Assembly (NCBI GenBank): GCA_030748775.1
Contig: JASMLH010000004.1
Span: 27,234 to 91,233 of the forward strand
Length of the DNA stretch: 64,000 bases
Source of the DNA: Candidatus Thalassarchaeaceae archaeon
GTDB lineage: Archaea > Thermoplasmatota > Poseidoniia > Poseidoniales > Thalassarchaeaceae
Direction of reading: 5' to 3'
Part shown: positions 56,838 through 64,000 of the stretch, one piece after another
How positions within the stretch are numbered: position 1 is the stretch's first letter
How the letters are laid out: the number at the start of each line of letters is the position of its first letter
Notes under the pieces: generated by a model
Databases searched by the model: none
What the model was told of the DNA's origin: nothing
The model's input: only the letters and a program-made list of their open reading frames with translations
Translations under genes and position numbers: made by a program

Positions 56838-56847
56838 GGTAAGTTCT

Positions 56848-57510
56848 TCAGTTCGCGACAACTTCGCTCACCGCCTCGCGAGCAGGTTCGGGACTGTGCC
56901 GAAGAATCATTTCGCTCAATGGAACTGCCATCCATGCCACGAAGGCCACGTTGCCCGCTGCATGGTACAGGTCGAAGGCTAGACCGTTGATCAGGTAAGG
57001 GACAATCATCGAGGTATCTGCTTCCAGTAAGATGCTCAGTGACACTATCCAGTCGAACAGGAATGCGGAAGCCGCCGACACGAAGGCGAGTCGGGTAGCC
57101 CTGATCCGCCCCCCATCCAGCAAGAGTCCCGATAGGGCCGCTCCGGACAAGCCAACCGCGCCCCAGCCCAATGCCTGGAAGAGGGTCCATGGCCCATGTC
57201 CGAGAACTAGGACATTGGAGGCCCACGCGATTGCCCCCGCTAGTGCGAGCGCACGCCATCCGCCGAAGTAGACTCCAGCAAGCAACACCAGCATCGTAAC
57301 TGGCTGTATGTTTGGCAGCGGATCGAGAAGGATCCTACCGGAAATTCCGAAGATTGCTAGAAGTGATAGCATGGCCCACGGCCTGTTAGAATCGAGGTGT
57401 CTCTCTCCCCTGTACAGGGCGAGCATAATGATGGAAAGTGTCGCCACATTCAGTGCTAGCATCTCGGCAGGAGAAAGTGAGATGCTGTGGAAGTCGTACA
57501 TGTAGACCAC
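56848..57510 (-). CDS. ECF-transporter S-component-like membrane protein
   Basis: 220 aa, about 6 TM helices. The LDPLPNIQPVTMLVLLAGVYFGGWRA pattern resembles S-components. It lies immediately downstream of a DUF4430 gene. Confidence 0.45.
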   Translation of the reverse strand: MVYMYDFHSISLSPAEMLALNVATLSIIMLALYRGERHLDSNRPWAMLSLLAIFGISGRILLDPLPNIQPVTMLVLLAGVYFGGWRALALAGAIAWASNVLVLGHGPWTLFQALGWGAVGLSGAALSGLLLDGGRIRATRLAFVSAASAFLFDWIVSLSILLEADTSMIVPYLINGLAFDLYHAAGNVAFVAWMAVPLSEMILRHSPEPAREAVSEVVAN

Positions 57511-57542
57511 TGTGAAGGAACCCGATTCATAGTATTATGTCA

Positions 57543-58094
57543 TCACCAAGTGGAAATCCTCCAAAGGATTACGTCTCCATCGGACATTACAAGATCGCCA
57601 ATCCCGACCATTGAAGGAGCGCCATTGTGTTCGAGGTTCCAGGAGGCACTGCTGAAATCGCCAGTGATGTTGTTTGAGTTAATGCCACCAATAGTGTGTA
57701 CGAATGGGCCCCATTCCCCGACATCGTAACCGACATACAGGCTGTTTCCTACTACTTCGGATGCATTTAGCATGAAGTCCATGCCCTGGGTGAATCCCTC
57801 GAATCCACCCACACAAGCGCCGGTTCCGTTGTATTCCTCGTTAACTCCCAGAGTTGAGCCTCTGGAGTCTATCATCGTCACTCCTGTGGAGTACTCGGCA
57901 TGAGGGAAGTCCTCGGGGAAGAGCGTGCAGAAAACCTGCTTGCCGTCCCATTCCATGGGCATTCCTTCGTGTGCTGACTCGTTGTCCTCGACGTACTTTA
58001 TCGCTTCCTCCGATAGCCTATCCTGGATAACGGGGGCCAGTAGAATCACGGCGAATAAGACTAGCAGAGACCCGGGTTTGAGTTTGTCAGACAC
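57543..58094 (-). CDS. DUF4430-domain (transcobalamin-like) secreted/anchored protein
   Basis: An N-terminal signal anchor. The C-terminal SWNLEHNGAPSMVGIGDLVMSDGDVILWRISTW is the typical DUF4430 ending. Confidence 0.65.
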   Translation of the reverse strand: MSDKLKPGSLLVLFAVILLAPVIQDRLSEEAIKYVEDNESAHEGMPMEWDGKQVFCTLFPEDFPHAEYSTGVTMIDSRGSTLGVNEEYNGTGACVGGFEGFTQGMDFMLNASEVVGNSLYVGYDVGEWGPFVHTIGGINSNNITGDFSSASWNLEHNGAPSMVGIGDLVMSDGDVILWRISTW

Positions 58095-58142
58095 AGGACT
58101 CTCTATTGGCGAGAATAGCCTATCAACATTATCGGGATGGGT

Positions 58143-60173
58143 TTAGTCCGTCATTCCTTCTATTCTCTCTTTCAGTACCTTGCTGACCGCCTGACCGTCT
58201 GCAGATCCCCCTAGCTTGGCCATCACCATCCCCATTAGGGGGCCTATGGCCGCCATTCCACGTTCTTCGATGAACTCGGATCTCTCGCTGATCACTTCGT
58301 CGACTGCAGTCTCTATCCTGGAGTTGTCAGCAGGTACGAATCCCCTGGAGTTTGCCTCCTGTGCCATCCATTCGACCATCTGATCAGAATCTAGCATCGG
58401 AGCCTCGGAAACTAGGGTTTCTATTCCCTCCCTGGTCATCTCCCCGGTCTCTCGGAGGTGAACTGCAGCGGATAGTGCCGTTGGCCTTTCGGTTCCATAC
58501 TCCAATAGTGCGCTGGCCCATGCCTTTTCGGGCAGTCTCAGTGAGCCATCTATTCCTTCGAAAAGCAGGTCATCTAGCTCTGCATTCAGGATTGCCTCGA
58601 CCTGGTTTGAAGAGATATCCAATTCCTGCAGGCGCTCCATTCTCTTTTCGGAGGAAGGAGGGAGGTTTTCGCGAATCTTCTCCCATCTATCTGGCGTGAT
58701 CAGCAATAGTGGGATGTCTGTTTCCGGGTACATTCTAGCTCTCCCTGGTAGAGGCCTTAGTGCAGTTGTTGTTCCATCCTCCGGTTTCCCCTTTCGGATC
58801 ACCACGTTCCTTACTTCCTTGGGAATCCTATGATATGCCAGCCTCGCTCGATTGACGACCGATTCCAATGCTAGCTCGGACTGCCATGCTGGTGCAACGC
58901 ATAGGGCAAATGCATCCTTTTCCTCCAGGGAGAGTGTGGTCCGTACAGTACTTACATCGGACTCCGAAATCCCGTAATTGGGCAGTTCGTCGGAATGGAA
59001 AACTCCTGCCACCCCAGCAAGACGAGCGGCGCTGGCCAATTCCCTGCCCAGCCTTGGTAGCTGTGCCCCGTCCTGATCTAGTTGCTTTGTGCCTAGTTTC
59101 CCAGATAGGCCTGGGAGTGCCACCCCGAGCACCGATGCGCCTGCATCGACGGACTTGCGGACCATTTCGGATTCACATTCGGACAGGGCTTCAGTAAGAT
59201 CGTTAATTTCGAGCGGGAGTCTGTTTGTTGCGGCAAGTTGGACTCTGTTCTCAGTAGGTATTGCGTCTTCTTCGCGGTTTGGCGGCAGTGCGGGGAGGGA
59301 TGATTCCTGTCTCAGCTCGTTTGCTAGGCGGTAGAAGTGTAGTTGCCGTGCCATCTCGAGCCTGATTATCCTCGGAATCCAATCAAGATCCTGGCAACCC
59401 TTGATCTCAACACGATCGCCACAGGCTATGCTGACGTTCAGATCCTGTCTGATTGACCCGAGTCCCCTTCTAACCTGTCTAGTGTCCCTTAGCAGCCTCC
59501 CGAGAGACACAGCGGTCTGCTTCGCATGTTCCGGAGACCTCACTTCGGGTGCTGTGGCTACCTCGACCAGAGGCATTCCCAGCCTATCCAGAGTGTATAC
59601 GACAGTCTCTCCTCCCTCCGAGAGGATGGTGTCTAGCTTTCTCGCAGAGTCCTCTTCCAGGGAGATGAGGTCGACTCCAACACTACCCGAATCGGTCTCT
59701 ATGCTTCCACCGGTTGCGACTAGCGTGGTCCTTTGGAAGCCACTCGTGTTCGAGCCGTCTACCACTGTCTTCCTCATTGCCTGGAGCGATGGGATGGGTT
59801 TTGCGTCCATCATCGCAGCCATGGTCAGGACTACATCGACCGCATCTTTGTCGTGTCCCTCTGGGGGTGACTCATCTAGCTCAATTAGTCCGGAATTCGG
59901 AGTCTGCACGTACTCGAAGGAGCGGTTCCTCCTCTGTTCAAACCTAGCTGCCACGTCTTTCCTGCCGCCTTCTCCTTCTGAGGCTCGTAATTTTCTCTTT
60001 GAGCGATTCCAGTCCACTGGAATCTCATCTATCTTGTAGTCGAACAGTTCGCTGGGCATCCTTGAGTGCAGCTTGTCTGTAGCAAGTTGCTGATGAATCT
60101 CCAGTCCGCACATGAATCCTAGCGCTACTGGGTCCAACGAATCGGGAACGCTCGGATCTCCAATCGGCTCCAT
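58143..60173 (-). CDS. gatE: Glu-tRNA(Gln) amidotransferase subunit E (archaeal GatE)
   Basis: The GatB/E core starts with CGLEIHQQL. It has the GatE-specific insertion and a YqeY-like tail. 676 aa. Confidence 0.92.
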   Translation of the reverse strand: MEPIGDPSVPDSLDPVALGFMCGLEIHQQLATDKLHSRMPSELFDYKIDEIPVDWNRSKRKLRASEGEGGRKDVAARFEQRRNRSFEYVQTPNSGLIELDESPPEGHDKDAVDVVLTMAAMMDAKPIPSLQAMRKTVVDGSNTSGFQRTTLVATGGSIETDSGSVGVDLISLEEDSARKLDTILSEGGETVVYTLDRLGMPLVEVATAPEVRSPEHAKQTAVSLGRLLRDTRQVRRGLGSIRQDLNVSIACGDRVEIKGCQDLDWIPRIIRLEMARQLHFYRLANELRQESSLPALPPNREEDAIPTENRVQLAATNRLPLEINDLTEALSECESEMVRKSVDAGASVLGVALPGLSGKLGTKQLDQDGAQLPRLGRELASAARLAGVAGVFHSDELPNYGISESDVSTVRTTLSLEEKDAFALCVAPAWQSELALESVVNRARLAYHRIPKEVRNVVIRKGKPEDGTTTALRPLPGRARMYPETDIPLLLITPDRWEKIRENLPPSSEKRMERLQELDISSNQVEAILNAELDDLLFEGIDGSLRLPEKAWASALLEYGTERPTALSAAVHLRETGEMTREGIETLVSEAPMLDSDQMVEWMAQEANSRGFVPADNSRIETAVDEVISERSEFIEERGMAAIGPLMGMVMAKLGGSADGQAVSKVLKERIEGMTD

Positions 60174-60207
60174 CTCTAGTCACTGGAACGGGGCTGGGCT
60201 CATAGGC

Positions 60208-62382
60208 TCAGCGGACGAATGAGAACTGATCTATCCTAGGACTCCATAGCTCCCCGCTGGTCAGCATCTTCGAGAGGACGGAGTCGACCTCGTGTTCTGA
60301 GATTCCCTTGTCTATTGCGAGGTTGTATATCTGGGACCTCTCGGCCACGCCTCCGTGTTGGGAGCAGACATCCCTGACCATCTGCCTGACAGTTGAGTTG
60401 TTCGACCTAGCCCTGACTGAAACTCCCGAGTGGAGTTCTGACTCGTCTTCGATTCCCGACTCCTCCCTCCAATGCTTGAACACAGCAAGGGCGACCTTTG
60501 CGTCATCCGCCGTAGCGACATCTCGCAAATGCATTCTCGCATGTGACTCAGTCAGTCGAATTAGGGCCTCTAGAGCCCTAGCGGTAATTGGAATGATGGA
60601 TTCTCGATCTGATTGATCGGACTGGAATTGGTCCTCTCGTCCGAAAGACTGCCTCTCGTTTGTGTAATAATCCAGAATCGCTGTCTTTGCTTCATCATTC
60701 AACTGGGGGTGTACTGTTCTCTTGGCATATGCGATGTACTTCCTGAGAAATTCTTGAGTCAGATGCTCAACACCCTGATTGGTTGTTGCAAAGATGGCTT
60801 CAGAGTCCTGGTTTGTTTCGCTGAGCTCAATGGTCCCTTCTATCAGCATCTCAGTCCTCCCGGCTGTCCTGTTTTCGAGGATGTGCCTTGCAATCCTCTC
60901 ATCGTCCCTTACCCTGATCTCGTCTCTTATCATCCAAATAATGTCAAATCTAGATGCTAGGGGTGGGGGCAGTCCAGTCTCCTGAAATGAACGCATTACA
61001 CTCTGGTTTGGACCCCTCTTGCTGAATCGTCCGTCTTTTGGGTTTGCTGCTGCTAGAATCGAGCAGCGCGAATGTAGTGTGGCGGTTATTCCACCCTTGG
61101 CAACGTGTACCTGCTGTTGTTCCATGGCCGGGTGCATCATTCTCCTGTCTTCTTCCGAGATTTTGTCGAACTCGTCGATTGCTGCCAAACCCCGATCGGA
61201 TAGGGGGAGGACTCCCGCCTCCAGAGCGAATCGTCCGTCTCCGAAGGCATCTCTAACCGCAGCTGCAGTTAGCCCGGCTCCAGAGACCCCCCCACCGGTA
61301 GCGAATCGTCCTCTGGGCGAGAGTTCGGAGATGAATGTCAGCAGATGGGACTTGGCGACTCCCGGGTCACCCATCAGCAAGATGTGAATGTCCCCTCTGG
61401 ATCTTGTCTTGTCGTTCAAGCGCCTGGAGACGCCCCCGAACAACTGCAGTGCCAAAGAGCGCTTCACATGCCCCAAGATACCGGTGGCAAATACAGAGGG
61501 TGCTATTGAGTCCTGAACCAGTGACATCAAATCGTCTCTTTTCGAGACCTCGATTATGCGGGCGCTGTCTTCCTCGTCGATAGAAATCTCAGTGAACGGT
61601 GTGCTTTCGTGTTCTGAGCTAATCAGATGGAAGATAACATCGAACATCGGGGTCTTCTTGCGGTTCCTTACTTCGCTTCTCACGACGGGAATGACATTGG
61701 CGGTAATCCTCTCTCCCGGGAGGTGCTTGTTTACCTGGTCCCCTTCGATCAGGACCATTCCTCTACGAGGCTGAGCGCCACCAGGGACATTCTCCGGTTG
61801 CTCTTGAATCTCGATCCATTGATTGTTCACCATCCTTGAGCTTAGTAAGACTAGGTCAAACCTGGTGGCTGGCTTAGAGCTGCCACATCCACCGAGGGCT
61901 TGGGGGCAGTTGAGTGGCTCCTTTAGCTCTCTCTCGTTCTCCTGATCGATATCGATGTCATGTCCGCATGATTCGCACTTGAACACGGCTCGATGGATCC
62001 TGGGCTTGATCTCTGAAATCTTGGTTACTATCACATCCACGCTTCTGAGCTTGTCGATATCTGCGCTTCCAATCTCACGCAGCGGCTTTCTGCTGTCGCT
62101 TGGGAGTTCTCCGACGCGGAGCATTGCATCTATTTCCTCCCCCCTCTCCCTACAAATCTCTACTAGTGTCCTTGAACCAGAGGAAAGGATGGTCTTTGGG
62201 CTCTCCAGAATGTCCTCGGCGAAATCTGGGTCAAAGCTCTGTAACTCGTGGAACGGGATAGCGAGGAAAGGATAATTCGACTGCCTGGAAAGAAGGGCCA
62301 TGACCTCGGAGTCCTTCGCCTCCTCTAGGAAGGTCCTCCATCTCGAGGAGGCATCATGTGCTGCCATTGTCAAAGAATCCAC
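60208..62382 (-). CDS. mcm: replicative helicase MCM
   Basis: Zn motif CESCGH...CPQALGGCGS, Walker A IHILLMGDPGVAKS, Walker B AAIDEFDK, Arg finger SRFDIIW, and a C-terminal winged helix. The start is GTG 62382 or ATG 62367. Confidence 0.95.
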   Translation of the reverse strand: MDSLTMAAHDASSRWRTFLEEAKDSEVMALLSRQSNYPFLAIPFHELQSFDPDFAEDILESPKTILSSGSRTLVEICRERGEEIDAMLRVGELPSDSRKPLREIGSADIDKLRSVDVIVTKISEIKPRIHRAVFKCESCGHDIDIDQENERELKEPLNCPQALGGCGSSKPATRFDLVLLSSRMVNNQWIEIQEQPENVPGGAQPRRGMVLIEGDQVNKHLPGERITANVIPVVRSEVRNRKKTPMFDVIFHLISSEHESTPFTEISIDEEDSARIIEVSKRDDLMSLVQDSIAPSVFATGILGHVKRSLALQLFGGVSRRLNDKTRSRGDIHILLMGDPGVAKSHLLTFISELSPRGRFATGGGVSGAGLTAAAVRDAFGDGRFALEAGVLPLSDRGLAAIDEFDKISEEDRRMMHPAMEQQQVHVAKGGITATLHSRCSILAAANPKDGRFSKRGPNQSVMRSFQETGLPPPLASRFDIIWMIRDEIRVRDDERIARHILENRTAGRTEMLIEGTIELSETNQDSEAIFATTNQGVEHLTQEFLRKYIAYAKRTVHPQLNDEAKTAILDYYTNERQSFGREDQFQSDQSDRESIIPITARALEALIRLTESHARMHLRDVATADDAKVALAVFKHWREESGIEDESELHSGVSVRARSNNSTVRQMVRDVCSQHGGVAERSQIYNLAIDKGISEHEVDSVLSKMLTSGELWSPRIDQFSFVR

Positions 62383-62412
62383 CGCCGGGCTTTGCTACCC
62401 TGAATTCACAGC

Positions 62413-62418
62413 CTATAA
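62413..62418 (-). promoter_or_regulatory. candidate TATA box of the mcm promoter
   Basis: GGTTATAGGC on the minus strand, about 33 nt upstream of the GTG start. It is the only A/T-rich hexamer in the right position. Confidence 0.3.
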
Positions 62419-62440
62419 CCATAGGGTTGGTGATTCCCAA

Positions 62441-62462
62441 CCCCCTTGCTTCCAGTGGAGAA
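62441..62462 (-). promoter_or_regulatory. origin-recognition-box (ORB)-like element
   Basis: The minus strand reads TTCTCCACTGGAAGCAAGGGGG. This is a dyad core TCCACTGGA followed 5 nt later by a G-string, as I recall for Orc1/Cdc6 ORB sites. Confidence 0.4.
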
Positions 62463-62584
62463 TTTGGATAGCGCAGGAAGGCAGAAGCCCATGATTGGAC
62501 TTCTAGTGCAGGGGCCCCGTGGAGGGCGCCAGAATCCATGTACGTGGAGCGTGAGTTTCAAGTCCCGCATTCAAATCGGACACC

Positions 62585-63019
62585 ATGGATTACCGGCGGA
62601 TAGGGCGAGACCTGTTTGTTAGGCTTGACAGAGGCGAAGAAATTCACGAGTCTATTAGGAGCCTGAGCGAACAGGGAATAACGGCAGCAGCGATAACCAG
62701 TGGGATAGGGAGGATACGCGGGACGGTAATCGGATACCTTGACTCCAATGGAGTGTACCAGAAGGTCACCTTGGATGAGCCGATGGAGCTAGTTTCTATG
62801 CAGGGCAACCTTGCACCGGGTCCAGAGGGGCCCTTCACACACATACACCTAGTTGGTTCGGATGATGACCACGTGGTTCACGGGGGGCATCTTTTTGAGG
62901 CGACGATCGAGGTGACTGCAGAGATTCACATGCGAATTCTTGGAGAGGCTGATTCTCCCATGGAGAGGGAGTACACTGACAGTGAGTTCATCAGAATCTC
63001 GTTCTGCGAAATGGGGTGA
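62585..63019 (+). CDS. PPC/DUF296-domain protein
   Basis: LFVRLDRGEEIHESIRSLSEQGITAAAITSGIG.IRG...HIHLVGSDDDHVVHGGHL is the typical PPC-domain pattern. Confidence 0.75.
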   Translation: MDYRRIGRDLFVRLDRGEEIHESIRSLSEQGITAAAITSGIGRIRGTVIGYLDSNGVYQKVTLDEPMELVSMQGNLAPGPEGPFTHIHLVGSDDDHVVHGGHLFEATIEVTAEIHMRILGEADSPMEREYTDSEFIRISFCEMG

Positions 63020-63623
63020 GCTTCTGAGGGTCCTATTCGCTCACGGTTTCGAGGGTAGCGCAACCGGAACAAAGCCGACATACATGAGAGAGGCACTGGG
63101 GTGGGACGTTACTGCTCCATTGATGTCCGAGTTGGGATGGAGCATAGAGAGCCAGACCGAGGTGCTTCTTAGGCACCTCGACTCCGAGGAGTTCGACTTG
63201 GTGGCTGGCTCATCCATGGGAGGGCTAGCCGCCGCGAACGCTTCGGCGATGAGGAAGGATGCGGGCTTCAGAGTGTTCCTCATTGCCCCTGCATTCGGAC
63301 TGGCCGAGCATTGGGACGGCATGGAGGAATCTGGCAGGATGGCTTGGAAACTGACTGACCAGAGGAGGTACAAGGGCTTCGAGCTCGACATAGTGCTGCC
63401 ATGGGAGTTCATGGAGGCGGCAGATAGGATGTCCTGGCCAGTCCCAGCGCATTTCACGGCGATAATGCATGGGAAGTACGACGAGATCGTCCCTATCAGT
63501 TGCTCTCGAAAGGTCGCGGAGAAGAATGACCTTGTTGAGCTGCACGAAGTCGATGACAACCACAGGATGAAGGAGACCCTGGGTCTGATTCCAGGAGTTG
63601 TCGAGCGGCTAATGGCCCGTTGA
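62982..63623 (+). CDS. alpha/beta-hydrolase (YqiA-like esterase family)
   Basis: VLFAHGFEGS, nucleophile elbow GSSMGG, and C-terminal DDNHRM. The start is uncertain: TTG 62940 or GTG 62982. Either overlaps the DUF296 gene end. Confidence 0.7.
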   Translation: MSSSESRSAKWGELLRVLFAHGFEGSATGTKPTYMREALGWDVTAPLMSELGWSIESQTEVLLRHLDSEEFDLVAGSSMGGLAAANASAMRKDAGFRVFLIAPAFGLAEHWDGMEESGRMAWKLTDQRRYKGFELDIVLPWEFMEAADRMSWPVPAHFTAIMHGKYDEIVPISCSRKVAEKNDLVELHEVDDNHRMKETLGLIPGVVERLMAR

Positions 63624-64000
63624 TCCCAGGAAGTACTCCCCGATCTCTGGATCGGTTAGTATGTGCTGTGCGTCACCAGAGTGTACGACCTTGCCGTTCG
63701 CCATGATGTAGCCCCTGTCAGAACGAGCCAGGGACAGCCTGGCGTTCTGCTCGACTATCAGGATGGTTATTCCCTGTTCCCTCAACGAGTCGATCCTCTC
63801 GATTATCTGCTGCTGGTAGAGAGGTGAGAGTGCGGCTGTGGGCTCATCGAGGAGAAGGAACTTGGGATCTGAGATCAGGGCGCGCGAAATAGCTAGCATC
63901 TGCCTCTCGCCCCCGGAAAGAGAGGCTGCCAGGTCGTACTCCCTGGAGCGGAGGTCGGGGAACATATCGATGGCCCTCGCAATCCTCTCGTTCAGAACGC
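63609..64000 (-). CDS. ABC transporter ATP-binding protein (LivF-like), 5' end beyond the window
   Basis: ABC signature LSGGERQML, Walker B LLLDEPTAALSP and H-loop ILIVEQN. The frame stays open upstream of Met 63965 to the window edge. Confidence 0.85.
   Translation of the reverse strand, partial: VLNERIARAIDMFPDLRSREYDLAASLSGGERQMLAISRALISDPKFLLLDEPTAALSPLYQQQIIERIDSLREQGITILIVEQNARLSLARSDRGYIMANGKVVHSGDAQHILTDPEIGEYFLGSTGH

Noticed and set aside
60208-62382. Possible intein in MCM
   Set aside because: At 724 aa the length is near normal. The Walker A, Walker B and Arg-finger regions are contiguous, with no Cys/Ser...HN splice-junction block.

Overview
This is a compact archaeal chromosomal segment with about 60 CDS and one tRNA, and many genes overlap by 1-4 nt. 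The informational genes are clearly archaeal. They include MCM, GatE, Pus10, the eL21-Rpo4-DUF655-KsgA cluster, Pth2, and ftsZ-secE-spt5-L11-L1-P0-P1. Housekeeping metabolism genes include pgk, uppS, phosphomannomutase, threonine aldolase, an MTA/SAH-deaminase-like amidohydrolase and several peptidases. FtsZ-based division, GatE and Pus10 point to a euryarchaeon. A marine group II or Thermoplasmatota-like host is my guess and cannot be verified from this window. I saw no rRNA, CRISPR array, transposase, integrase or prophage signal. Eight items deserve a second look: (1) a translationally coupled, bacterial-type AddB/AddA-like helicase-nuclease pair (39218-47721), with four-cysteine Cas4/AddB-type nuclease signatures in both subunits; (2) a uL11 gene that appears to encode only the C-terminal rRNA-binding domain; (3) an Spt5 carrying an N-terminal degenerate Nudix-like domain; (4) an origin-recognition-box-like motif just upstream of the mcm promoter; (5) a 1031-aa surface protein with a seven-bladed RCC1 propeller and about 16 cysteine-rich 34-aa repeats; (6) a possible heme-copper-oxidase-subunit-I-like membrane protein that seems to lack the histidine ligands; (7) a DUF4430 plus S-component-like uptake pair; and (8) several lineage-specific orphans. 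All family assignments come from reading motifs in the supplied translations. No database search was run.
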